DNA of 32,000 bases from Candidatus Arthromitus sp. SFB-mouse-Japan (GTDB lineage Bacteria; Bacillota; Clostridia; Clostridiales; Clostridiaceae): positions 30,001 through 62,000 of the forward strand of contig NC_015913.1 of the NCBI RefSeq assembly GCF_000270205.1. Direction: 5' to 3'. A program made the position numbers and the translations under genes. The stretch's first letter is position 1. Each line of letters starts with the position of its first letter. A model generated the notes under the pieces. It made no database searches, was not told where the DNA came from, and was given only the letters and a program-made list of their open reading frames with translations. Below are positions 8,251-20,455 of this stretch, piece by piece.

Positions 8251-9507
8251 TTGGAATCTAGTGGTTGGCTTGTAGTATTTTTAGTATTTCTAATTTTACT
8301 TTCAGGTTTTTTTTCAGCAGCTGAAACAGCACTTATGTCTATTAATAAAATTAGGATTAAACAATTTATAGATGATGGAATAAGAGGGGCTAAAGAAATT
8401 CAAGAATTAGTAGAGGATCCTAGTAAAATTTTAAGCACAATACTGATTTGTAATAATATAGTTAATATATTGGCATCTTCAATTTCAACTATCATATTTA
8501 TGAATTTATTTGGTAAGTTTGGTATAGGATTTGCAACGTTTATGTCTACATTAGTTTTAACAATTGTAATATTGATTTTTGGAGAGATTACACCTAAAAC
8601 TATCGCTGTGTTAAAAGCTGAAAAATTAGCATTAGTATTATATAGACCATTAAAAATAGTGCTTTTATTACTAAAACCAATTGTTTTTATATTTTCGAAG
8701 ATATCTAAAATAATAATGCTTATTTTTGGAATTAAAGAGGGAGAAGGTCAAGTTAATATAACAGAAGAAGATATTAAAAGTATGGTTAACTTCAGTCAGG
8801 AGGAGGGTGTTTTAGAAGTAGAGGATAAGAGACTCATATATAATGTGTTTGAGTTCGGAGATTTAAAAGCGAAAGATATCATGATACCAAGAGTTGACAT
8901 GGTCACGCTTTCTATAGACTCAAGTTACGAGGAAATTGTATCTATATTTAAGACTGAACGATTTTCAAGAGTTCCTGTGTTTAAGGATAACATAGATAAT
9001 ATTATCGGTTTAATTAATATAAAAGATTTGTTTTTTATAGAAAAGGATAAGGATTTTAAAATAGATAAGTATATAAGAAGCATATATTCAAGTTATGAAT
9101 ATAAGAAAATACGTGATTTATTTAATGAAATGAAGAAGAACAGGAATCATATGAGTGTTATAATAGATGAATATGGTGGCACTATTGGACTTGTAACTAT
9201 TGAAGATTTGATAGAGGAAATAGTTGGAGATATAGAAGATGAGTATGATGAAATAATAGATAAGGAAATTCAAGTTTTAAATGACAGGGAGTATTTAATA
9301 GTTGGCACGCTTAAACTTGATACACTTGAGGATATGTTAGGCATAACAATAGAATCAGAATTTGAAACAATCGGAGGGTATATAATTGAAAAATTAGGAA
9401 AATTTCCAGAAGCTGGAGAGGTTGTTGATATTAATAATATATCATTTATTATTGAGAATATAGGAAAAAATCGTATAAAGAGATTGAGGGTTAGGATTAA
9501 TAGTTAA
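8251..9507 (+). CDS. CNNM/CorC/HlyC-family transporter (DUF21 - CBS pair - CorC_HlyC)
   Basis: 418 aa. The N-terminal 4-TM DUF21 has AAETALMS and GEITPKT. It has two CBS-like repeats and a C-terminal CorC_HlyC-like domain. TTG start lies 6 nt after AGGAGTGG. Confidence 0.85.
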   Translation: MESSGWLVVFLVFLILLSGFFSAAETALMSINKIRIKQFIDDGIRGAKEIQELVEDPSKILSTILICNNIVNILASSISTIIFMNLFGKFGIGFATFMSTLVLTIVILIFGEITPKTIAVLKAEKLALVLYRPLKIVLLLLKPIVFIFSKISKIIMLIFGIKEGEGQVNITEEDIKSMVNFSQEEGVLEVEDKRLIYNVFEFGDLKAKDIMIPRVDMVTLSIDSSYEEIVSIFKTERFSRVPVFKDNIDNIIGLINIKDLFFIEKDKDFKIDKYIRSIYSSYEYKKIRDLFNEMKKNRNHMSVIIDEYGGTIGLVTIEDLIEEIVGDIEDEYDEIIDKEIQVLNDREYLIVGTLKLDTLEDMLGITIESEFETIGGYIIEKLGKFPEAGEVVDINNISFIIENIGKNRIKRLRVRINS

Positions 9508-9541
9508 AGCTATAATTTGCATTATAGCTTTGTTCGTTTTT
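9506..9541 (+). terminator. Terminator hairpin after the CorC-family gene, overlapping the tadA stop codon
   Basis: Stem AAAGCTATAAT (9506-9516) / ATTATAGCTTT (9521-9531) with loop TTGC, then GTTCGTTTTTT. Confidence 0.55.
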
Positions 9542-9959
9542 TAATAAAGAATTTATTTATAAGAAATTCAGATGTAGTATCATTTAACCATGTAATATTC
9601 AAATTTGGAAGATGATTATAATAATTTTTAGAAAAAAATCCATTAAAGGGATTAGAAGACCCTATAAATATGTTTTTAATTCTACTTTCAATTATAGCAC
9701 CTGTACACATAGTACAAGGTTCCAAAGATATAAACATAGAACAATTATCAAGATATAGTGAATTTAAAATTTTACATGAATTTATTATTGATAGAATTTC
9801 TGCATGGTTTATTGGAATATTCGTTGAGTATTTAGTATTATAAGATCTGCTAATTATTGTATTATTTTTTACAATTAAACATCCTACTGGTATTTCATCA
9901 AGTTTATAAGCTTTGTAGGCTTCTCTTATCATTTCTTTAGTGAAGTATTTTATATCCAT
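9522..9959 (-). CDS. tadA: tRNA adenosine(34) deaminase
   Basis: CDA-fold zinc motifs HAEILSI and EPCTMCTGAI. ATG 9959 lies 6 nt after AGGTG, so the GTG 9968 track start is probably too long. Confidence 0.88.
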   Translation of the reverse strand: MDIKYFTKEMIREAYKAYKLDEIPVGCLIVKNNTIISRSYNTKYSTNIPINHAEILSIINSCKILNSLYLDNCSMFISLEPCTMCTGAIIESRIKNIFIGSSNPFNGFFSKNYYNHLPNLNITWLNDTTSEFLINKFFIKKRTKL

Positions 9960-9997
9960 AATATACACCTTATTTAATAATTTTTAATATAATTTTA

Positions 9998-10026
9998 TTG
10001 CAATATAAAATTTTATACTATATAAT
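9998..10026 (+). promoter_or_regulatory. Sigma-A type promoter for the tRNA-Ser / SRP RNA unit
   Basis: TTGCAA (9998-10003), a 17-nt spacer, and TATAAT (10021-10026), 12 nt before the tRNA 5' end. Confidence 0.65.
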
Positions 10027-10038
10027 TTTATGTTGTAT

Positions 10039-10128
10039 GGAGAGATGCTCGAGTGGTTTAAGAGGCATGCCTGGAACGCATGTATAGGAGAAATTCTATC
10101 GAGGGTTCGAATCCCTCTCTTTCCGCCA
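10039..10128 (+). tRNA. tRNA-Ser (anticodon GGA)
   Basis: 90-nt class II tRNA. Acceptor GGAGAGA/TCTTTCC, anticodon arm CATGC-CTGGAAC-GCATG, long variable arm, T arm GAGGG-TTCGAAT-CCCTC, and an encoded CCA. Confidence 0.9.
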
Positions 10129-10130
10129 AT

Positions 10131-10399
10131 TGTTGTGCTAGATGGGGAACTAGCGGTGCCCTGTATCTGCAATCCGCTACAGCAGAGTTGAAGGCTCTCT
10201 TCGGTTATGTACGTAAGGGTTTGAGTTAAGTCGGATTCGTTGAGAATTAAACTCTATGCATTAAGAGATCTATAAACTCCGCCAGGATCGGAAGATAGCA
10301 ACGGTAAGTAGATGTTTTTAAGTGATGTAGAATAATTTAATTTGAGTTGATGACTTATCTATCACTTTGGGTATATTTATCAACGGGAGAAGCACAACA
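10131..10399 (+). ncRNA. ffs: Signal recognition particle RNA, long Bacillus type (with Alu domain)
   Basis: Terminal helix TGTTGTGCT (10131-) / AGCACAACA (-10399). The Alu-domain motifs GCTAGATGGGGAA..GGTGCCCTGTATCTGCAATCCGCTACAGCAG and the domain IV CCGCCAGGATCGGAAGATAGCAACGGTAAG parallel B. subtilis scRNA as I remember it. It sits immediately upstream of dnaX, as in Bacillus. Confidence 0.85.
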
Positions 10400-10425
10400 T
10401 GTTAATAAATAGAGCATATTACTTA

Positions 10426-10464
10426 TTTTAAAGCATCCTATTAATTTAGTAGGATGCTTTAAAA
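10426..10464 (+). terminator. Long hairpin after SRP RNA (terminator or processing site)
   Basis: 15-bp stem TTTTAAAGCATCCTA (10426-10440) / TAGGATGCTTTAAAA (10450-10464). There is no separate U tract beyond the stem. Confidence 0.4.
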
Positions 10465-10479
10465 TAAAAGGATGATTTT

Positions 10480-11961
10480 ATGGATAATAATTCTTTATAC
10501 ATTAAGTATAGACCTGTTAAGTTTAAAGATATATGCGGTCAGGAAAATGTGTCTAGTATATTGAAGAATCAAGTCAAATCGCATAAATTTTCTCATGCAT
10601 ATTTGTTTTCTGGAATAAGAGGTACTGGTAAGACTACTTGTGCAAGAATTTTTGCGAAAGCTATAAATTGTATAAATAACGTTAATGGTGAGCCGTGTTA
10701 TGAATGTAGATCTTGTAATTCTACATATGAAATTCTTAATATAGTTGAGCTAGATGCTGCATCTAATAATAGTGTAGATCAGATTAGAACACTAGTTGAA
10801 GAATTAAGATATTCAAATTTTGTAGATGGATATAAAGTTTATATTTTAGATGAGGTTCATATGCTCTCAATAAGCGCTTTTAATGCGTTACTTAAGAGTT
10901 TAGAAGAGCCCCCATCAAATGTTGTTTTTATTTTATCGACAACTGAAATAAAAAAGATACCTAAAACGATTATATCTAGATGTCAGAAATTTGAGTTTAA
11001 GAATATAGATAATAAAAACATAATAGATAGACTAAAATACATAGTTGAAAGTGAAAATATAAGTATTGATTTCGAGTCAATTTCATTAATATCTAAATTA
11101 GCTGATGGGTCTATGAGGGATGCTATAAGTATTTTGGAGAGAGTGATGTTGTCAGCTGATAATATTACATTTGAGCATTCTCGTAGGATTTTAGGTATTA
11201 CATCTAGTGAGATGATATTCGATATTATAGATAATTTAAGATTAAATAAGTTAAATAAGATTCTTTTAATAATATCAAAAATATTTGAAGATAGTCTTAA
11301 TATTAAAAGTTTTATTAATGATTTCAGAAATGTATTGAGAGATATTATGTTTTTAAAAATAAACAAGGAAAATTTAAACATATTAATTGAAAAAAATAGT
11401 TTAAATATAAAGAATATTATGGCTATATCAGAAATTTTGGATTTTGATTACATATATATGGTTTTAAGTGAATTAAATAAAATAAATGACATGGGAAATT
11501 TAAGTGATATTGAGTATAGAGTTTATTTAGAGATGCTTATAGTAAGAATCGTATATGATGGTGGAGAATCTTTGTTAAACAAATCAGGTTTTGATTTGCA
11601 GAGCGAAGTAAAAAAATCTGATTTTAATGATACTGCAAATAAAAATATTAAATTTGATAAATGGAATGATTTTTTAAAGTATCTCAAGATGAATAAACAT
11701 ATGGTTCTATATTCTCTTTTGACTAATGGAGATTTGAAGGATATGAGTAGTGATAGTATTGTTTTTAAGTGCAATACAGAGGGAATATTAAATAGATTGA
11801 AAAAGAGAGATACACTTAGGGAAATTAAAACAAATTTGTTTGATTTTTTTGGAGGTAGTATAGAATTTGAGTTATTTTTCTCAAATGAAGTTGAGGAAGA
11901 CAATATTCAACATAAGTTAAAAGGTTATTTTGGTGATGAGATAGAAATACAAAACAAGTAG
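10480..11961 (+). CDS. dnaX: DNA polymerase III subunit gamma/tau
   Basis: 493 aa. It has an AAA+ clamp-loader module (GIRGTGKTT Walker A, ILDEVHMLS Walker B, SRC motif ..TIISRC), a Zn-module CYECRSC, and an AT-rich divergent C-terminus. Confidence 0.92.
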   Translation: MDNNSLYIKYRPVKFKDICGQENVSSILKNQVKSHKFSHAYLFSGIRGTGKTTCARIFAKAINCINNVNGEPCYECRSCNSTYEILNIVELDAASNNSVDQIRTLVEELRYSNFVDGYKVYILDEVHMLSISAFNALLKSLEEPPSNVVFILSTTEIKKIPKTIISRCQKFEFKNIDNKNIIDRLKYIVESENISIDFESISLISKLADGSMRDAISILERVMLSADNITFEHSRRILGITSSEMIFDIIDNLRLNKLNKILLIISKIFEDSLNIKSFINDFRNVLRDIMFLKINKENLNILIEKNSLNIKNIMAISEILDFDYIYMVLSELNKINDMGNLSDIEYRVYLEMLIVRIVYDGGESLLNKSGFDLQSEVKKSDFNDTANKNIKFDKWNDFLKYLKMNKHMVLYSLLTNGDLKDMSSDSIVFKCNTEGILNRLKKRDTLREIKTNLFDFFGGSIEFELFFSNEVEEDNIQHKLKGYFGDEIEIQNK

Positions 11962-11998
11962 TAATAGTATTAATGATTTAAGAAAGGAATGATTTGTA

Positions 11999-12334
11999 AT
12001 GAAAGGATTTTCAGGTGGATTTGGTGGAGGAAATATGAATAATTTATTTAAACAAGCCCAAAAGTTGCAAAAAAATATGGAAGAAACAAAGAAACAATTA
12101 GAGGAGATGGAGTTTGAATCTACATCTGGAGGTGGGGTTGTTTTTGTTAGAATGAATGGAAAGAAAGAAATAATCGATTTAAAATTAAAGCCAGAAGTGG
12201 TTGATCCAGATGATATTGAAATGCTACAGGATTTAATAATAAGTTGTATAAATGATGTATATAAAAAAGTAGACGATGAAACTAATAGAGAAATGTCCAA
12301 ATTAACTGGTGGTTTTAATATACCAGGATTTTAA
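11999..12334 (+). CDS. ybaB: YbaB/EbfC family nucleoid-associated protein
   Basis: 111 aa with ..[37 protein letters not shown]. and the conserved dnaX-ybaB-recR position. Confidence 0.88.
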   Translation: MKGFSGGFGGGNMNNLFKQAQKLQKNMEETKKQLEEMEFESTSGGGVVFVRMNGKKEIIDLKLKPEVVDPDDIEMLQDLIISCINDVYKKVDDETNREMSKLTGGFNIPGF

Positions 12335-12396
12335 TAAAATTAGGTTTAGGTGGGTGTATACTCGCCTTATTTTATTTTTAAATTATGGGGGTAAAT

Positions 12397-12993
12397 ATGA
12401 TAGAGTATCCAGAGTATATACAAAAAGTTGTTAGTGAGTTTTCTAAATTACCTGGAATAGGATATAAGACAGCTATAAGATTAACCATGCATATTTTGAA
12501 TAGAGAAATAAATGAGATCAATGAATTTTGTGATTCTGTAAAAAAATGTAAAGAAAAATTAAGATATTGTGAAAAATGCAATAATTTTTCTGATGATGAT
12601 ATTTGTTTGATTTGTAAGGATACGAGTAGAGATAAATCTACAATTTGTGTTGTACAAGATGTAAAAGATGTTTATGCATTTGAGAAGATAGGAAGTTATA
12701 AAGGGTTATACTATGTGTTGCACGGATTAATATCTCCTATTAAAGGTATCGGTCCGGATGATCTTAAGATAGAATTGTTTGTTAAGAGAGTAAAAGAAGA
12801 AAAGATAAATGAAGTTATATTAGCGACAAACCCAACTCTCGAGGGAGAGGCAACTAGTATATATATATCAAAATTGTTTTCAAATGAACAGAAATTAACT
12901 AGATTAGCATATGGAGTGCCTTTAGGAAGCGATTTAGAATATGTTGATGAAATTACTTTAAGTAGAGCTTTAGATTTTAGACAAAGAATTTAG
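12397..12993 (+). CDS. recR: Recombination protein RecR
   Basis: HhH motif LPGIGYKTAIRL, a C4 zinc finger (CEKC..CLIC) and a Toprim domain. ATG 12397 follows TGGGGG. The last 19 nt, including the stop codon, lie inside the rrn repeat. Confidence 0.9.
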   Translation: MIEYPEYIQKVVSEFSKLPGIGYKTAIRLTMHILNREINEINEFCDSVKKCKEKLRYCEKCNNFSDDDICLICKDTSRDKSTICVVQDVKDVYAFEKIGSYKGLYYVLHGLISPIKGIGPDDLKIELFVKRVKEEKINEVILATNPTLEGEATSIYISKLFSNEQKLTRLAYGVPLGSDLEYVDEITLSRALDFRQRI

Positions 12994-13013
12994 GTAAAAT
13001 GTGTAGAAAGGTA

Positions 13014-13043
13014 TTGACATGGTGGTATGAAGTTTGGTAATAT
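13014..13043 (+). promoter_or_regulatory. rrn operon A promoter
   Basis: TTGACA (13014-13019), an 18-nt spacer, and an extended -10 TGgTAATAT (13035-13043), about 120 nt upstream of 16S. Confidence 0.7.
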
Positions 13044-13094
13044 GAGTGAGTTAGCTGTGGGACAGCCAGGAGGAAGGTTAGATAGATTATAGAT

Positions 13095-13119
13095 CATTGA
13101 CAATTGGATAGGGAAAAGG
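13095..13119 (+). other. 5' arm of the 16S processing (RNase III-type) stem; pairs with 14706-14730
   Basis: Leader ACAATTGGATAGGGAAAAG is complementary to ITS CTTTTTCCTATTCAATTGT (19 bp including 2 G-U pairs), so the stem brackets the 16S gene. Confidence 0.6.
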
Positions 13120-13161
13120 AATGAAGAGAAGAAGTCAACGTTAATTTTGAGAGACTGGGAG

Positions 13162-14688
<1,527 letters not shown>

Positions 14689-14762
14689 AAGAAAGAAGTG
14701 GATAACTTTTTCCTATTCAATTGTGAGTGACCTATAATTGGAAGGTTACTTAAGGATATAGA

Positions 14763-14786
14763 TCTTTGAAAATTGTATATAAATAG
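14763..14786 (+). other. 5' arm of the 23S processing stem; pairs with 17770-17793
   Basis: ITS TCTTTGAAAATTGTATATAAATAG is complementary to TTATTTATATACAATTTTGAGAGA after 23S (17 contiguous bp plus flanking pairs). There is no tRNA in the ITS. Confidence 0.6.
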
Positions 14787-14862
14787 TAAAGATGCGAAAG
14801 GTAGCAAGTTAAATTATTAGCAATAGTAATTTAAGAGCTGGAAGAATATAGAAAGAAAAATA

Positions 14863-17755
<2,893 letters not shown>

Positions 17756-17811
17756 AAATTAGCAATATATTATTTATATACAATTTTGAGAGATTAAAAT
17801 ATTTCTCAATA

Positions 17812-17927
17812 TCTGGTGATTATAACGTGTAGGCAACACCCCTATCCATACCGAACAGGAAGGTTAAGCTACACTGTGCTGATGGTACTATAGGGTTACC
17901 CCTATGGAAGAGTAAGTCATTGCCAGT
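17812..17927 (+). rRNA. rrf: 5S ribosomal RNA (operon A)
   Basis: TCTGGTGATTATAACG...CCATACCGAACAGGAAGGTTAAGC...AGTAAGTCATTGCCAG, with a terminal helix between the two ends. Confidence 0.93.
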
Positions 17928-17928
17928 T

Positions 17929-18004
17929 GGTTCGTTAGCTCAGGTGGTAGAGCACATGACTTTTAATCATGGTGTCCGGGGTTCGAGTCCCCGACGAATC
18001 ACCA
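17929..18004 (+). tRNA. tRNA-Lys (anticodon TTT), distal gene of rrn operon A only
   Basis: 76-nt cloverleaf. Acceptor GGTTCGT/ACGAATC, anticodon arm CATGA-CTTTTAA-TCATG, T arm CGGGG-TTCGAGT-CCCCG, and an encoded CCA. It starts 1-2 nt after 5S. Confidence 0.92.
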
Positions 18005-18009
18005 ATTTT

Positions 18010-18040
18010 AAAGAGGTAAGTTTTTACCTCTTTTTATTTG
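18010..18040 (+). terminator. Rho-independent terminator of rrn operon A; it also closes the convergent minus-strand operon
   Basis: Stem AAAGAGGTAA (18010-18019) / TTACCTCTTT (18024-18033) with loop GTTT, then TTATTTGTTT. Confidence 0.75.
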
Positions 18041-18375
18041 TTTCTGTATAATTCTATTTTTAATATATTATTTTTTAAATTTACTTTGACATAATCTGTC
18101 ATAACTCCTATTAATGATAATTCGCAATCCACATCAGATTCTCCTGTTAAATTCCAATAATATTCTTCCATTTCTGAGCACCTTGGCACATTTAAAAGTT
18201 TATTGATTAATTCAAGTTTGGATTTTTCTATATTTATTTCGCTAGCCTCTATAATTATTATTGTTGTAGATTCTCTGTTTTTTATGTTTAGATTTATATC
18301 TTTTGCTCCATACCTATATGCTAATAATATAAGCTCTTCAGCTATTCTAGTATTTCTTTGTCTTGCGTGTTTCAT
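18034..18375 (-). CDS. Hypothetical 113-aa cytoplasmic protein, translationally coupled to the DUF1576 gene
   Basis: ATG 18375 directly abuts the TAA of the upstream gene, and GGGAG lies 9 nt upstream. I recognise no family. There is a faint resemblance to a minimal, degenerate HATPase-like fold (RIAEELILLAYRYGAK..IIIIEA..), which is speculative. Confidence 0.55.
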   Translation of the reverse strand: MKHARQRNTRIAEELILLAYRYGAKDINLNIKNRESTTIIIIEASEINIEKSKLELINKLLNVPRCSEMEEYYWNLTGESDVDCELSLIGVMTDYVKVNLKNNILKIELYRNK

Positions 18376-19626
18376 TTAAATATCTCCCTTTTTAAAACCA
18401 TCTATTATTGGAATTAGTATTATTGCAAGGATACCCGCAATAAATCCATTATTATATAAGTTGATTCCACCACTTAAATGTCCAATATATTTCATTAATA
18501 TTAGATGTAAACATCCAGTTATAAAACCTATTATTACCCCGAATTGACCTGATATTGGAGCGAGAGCTGTTGAACCTAAGCTTGTTAATATTGTTGTTGG
18601 TGTATTTAATTGTATATTGCTTATGTACGCTGTGAATGATACTCCGAGAACTAAAGGGATTGTGTTTAGTGGATGTTTTCCAATTGCTCCAAAACCAATT
18701 ATGCAAAATAATAGTGCTATTGTAGGTCCATTTAAATCACCATTTACTATGACTATATATGATAAAAATATGATACCAAGTATACCCATATTTAGATAGG
18801 AAGAATTGCCATACATTAAGTAAAAGTCTGTTATAGTTCTACCTGAGTGTCGTAATATATTACTTAGTTTTGATAAATGAAATTTTTTAATTCCAAGAGA
18901 TATTAAAAATATTATTAAGCTGATTACTAAAAATAGTGAAATGGTTTTATATTCAGTACTCCATAATAAATTTTGTTTAATTTCTATTCCAAAATAATTG
19001 AGTATTGATATAATTAATACAGTGATTAATCCATTTGCAAATCCAACATTGTATAAATTATATCCTTGATGCATTTTAAGTGTAAATTTAGCCAACGGAG
19101 GTAGTATCATACCTATTAATATAGAAATTGATATGGAAAGTAATAGAGTTATATAAGAATTAAGATTTAATATTTCAAACAGTTCACTAGAGATTGGAGA
19201 GAGAGATGTAGATAGAGTTGCAATGAGTACATAGTTAGAAAAACTGTCTTTTTGAATTTTAGAATATAAGTACACGCCTATTATTGTGGGCCAAATATTT
19301 ATAAAATTTTTGCCAACCATCGAGAATCCAAGTGTTAACCACAATGTCATTATCATTGATCCATTTGGTTTTGTTTTATTAATTTTATATATCATTAAAA
19401 TTAATAATGAGGTTATAGATGCATTTAATAGAGTTGCTCCAATACCACTTACATACATATAGTCTGTAAGAAGTATGCTACGAGTGGTAATAATTTTTTT
19501 TATACCTATAAAAAGATCTTTATATGGTGTGCTGAATATTCCAACGAGTCCTATAAATAAGAAAATAATTAGATGTATAATATATACATCTAGACATTTT
19601 TTATTGAATTTTAATTTGTAGTTCAT
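18376..19626 (-). CDS. Polytopic membrane protein, DUF1576-like (unknown function, possible transporter)
   Basis: 416 aa with about 11-12 hydrophobic segments and an internally duplicated appearance. Its ATG overlaps the mtnN stop codon (ATGA at 19626-19623). Confidence 0.6.
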   Translation of the reverse strand: MNYKLKFNKKCLDVYIIHLIIFLFIGLVGIFSTPYKDLFIGIKKIITTRSILLTDYMYVSGIGATLLNASITSLLILMIYKINKTKPNGSMIMTLWLTLGFSMVGKNFINIWPTIIGVYLYSKIQKDSFSNYVLIATLSTSLSPISSELFEILNLNSYITLLLSISISILIGMILPPLAKFTLKMHQGYNLYNVGFANGLITVLIISILNYFGIEIKQNLLWSTEYKTISLFLVISLIIFLISLGIKKFHLSKLSNILRHSGRTITDFYLMYGNSSYLNMGILGIIFLSYIVIVNGDLNGPTIALLFCIIGFGAIGKHPLNTIPLVLGVSFTAYISNIQLNTPTTILTSLGSTALAPISGQFGVIIGFITGCLHLILMKYIGHLSGGINLYNNGFIAGILAIILIPIIDGFKKGDI

Positions 19627-20333
19627 TTTTCCATGCGACTAATTATTTGTTTTAATATTAGATAAGAATTTTTTGATGCATCTTTCAAAAATTTATAGAA
19701 TTCATCTCCAGCAATATTACCACCATTGTCTGATATTGATCTTATAATTATATATGGAATATTATTAAGATAACATGTTTGAGCTATTGCGGCGCTTTCC
19801 ATTTCACAGGCAAGTGCGTTAAATTCATTTTGTAGTTTATTTGATATTTCATCGTTAGATATAAATTGATCTCCAGTTATTATTCTTCCTATGTGGAATT
19901 TAAAATCAGCTTTATTTTTAGAAATATCTTCACATATAGATTTAGCTAATTCCACTAAGTAACCATCACATTTAAATGAATAGGTACCAATGTTAGGTAT
20001 TTCTCCCAATTTATATCCAAAATTACAAATATTGACATCATGTTGTATTAGATCATTTGCAATGACAACATCTTTAAATTTAATATTCTTATTAATTCCG
20101 CCTGCAACACCGCTATTTATAATATGTGTACATTTGAATTCAGAAATTAAAATTTGTGTACATATAGCTGAATTAACTTTACCAATTCCACAAATAACTC
20201 CAATGATTTTCTTTCCATTTAGATTTCCTGAGATAAACTCTAAATTTAATTTTTTGATTAATGATTTGTCTTTTATATCATTTGATATGAGTTCAAATTC
20301 TTCTTGCATAGCACATACTATTCCTATTTTCAT
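19623..20333 (-). CDS. mtnN: 5'-methylthioadenosine/S-adenosylhomocysteine nucleosidase
   Basis: 236 aa with MKIGIVCAMQEE.., ..NSGVAGG.. and ..ACEMESAAIAQTC.. motifs of the Pfs/MtnN family. GGGAGG lies upstream. It ends with TGA. Confidence 0.9.
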   Translation of the reverse strand: MKIGIVCAMQEEFELISNDIKDKSLIKKLNLEFISGNLNGKKIIGVICGIGKVNSAICTQILISEFKCTHIINSGVAGGINKNIKFKDVVIANDLIQHDVNICNFGYKLGEIPNIGTYSFKCDGYLVELAKSICEDISKNKADFKFHIGRIITGDQFISNDEISNKLQNEFNALACEMESAAIAQTCYLNNIPYIIIRSISDNGGNIAGDEFYKFLKDASKNSYLILKQIISRMEK

Positions 20334-20455
20334 TATTATCCTCCCTTAATTATTTTTAAATAAATTATAATAAAATATAGATGGTATATACAAGAAAAAT
20401 ATATTTTATGTTAGAATATGCAAGTAAGAATTTAGTTTGTAGAGGTGATTATTGT

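Noticed and set aside
9984-10172. 62-aa minus-strand ORF
   Set aside because: It overlaps tRNA-Ser(GGA) and the 5' part of the SRP RNA on the opposite strand, so it is an artefact of the GC-richer RNA genes.
10950-10956. A AAA AAG heptamer in frame in dnaX, identical to the E. coli dnaX -1 frameshift site, with a -1 frame stop two codons later
   Set aside because: It lies at codon ~157, inside the essential AAA+ module (..STTEIKKIPKTIISRC). A shift would yield a useless ~160-aa fragment rather than a gamma subunit. No stimulatory hairpin or upstream SD is evident, and such A-runs are expected by chance at this AT content.
10983-12300. Minus-strand ORFs 10983-11381, 11523-11903 and 11917-12300
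   Set aside because: They are antisense to dnaX and ybaB, which have clear homology. Their low-complexity Ser/Leu/Ile/Phe-rich products are typical of the reverse strand of AT-rich coding DNA, and they have no RBS.
13097-13102. A second TTGACA in the rRNA leader, considered as a tandem P2 promoter
   Set aside because: There is no acceptable -10 at 17±1 nt (AATGAA). The segment is better explained as the 5' arm of the 16S processing stem, which pairs with 14706-14730.
14763-14775. TCTTTGAAAATT in the 16S-23S spacer as a boxA antitermination element
   Set aside because: It resembles Firmicutes boxA-like spacer motifs. However, it is fully accounted for as part of the 23S processing stem (pairing with 17770-17793), and I cannot separate the two roles from sequence alone.
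20381-20455. N-terminal extensions of track ORFs (tcdA from 20381, recR from 12385, tadA from 9968, the CobW-like gene from 7375, MBOAT from 4229)
   Set aside because: In each case an internal ATG (20456, 12397, 9959, 7387, 4199) has a better-placed SD-like sequence and/or gives the family-typical N-terminus. The extensions add non-conserved residues.
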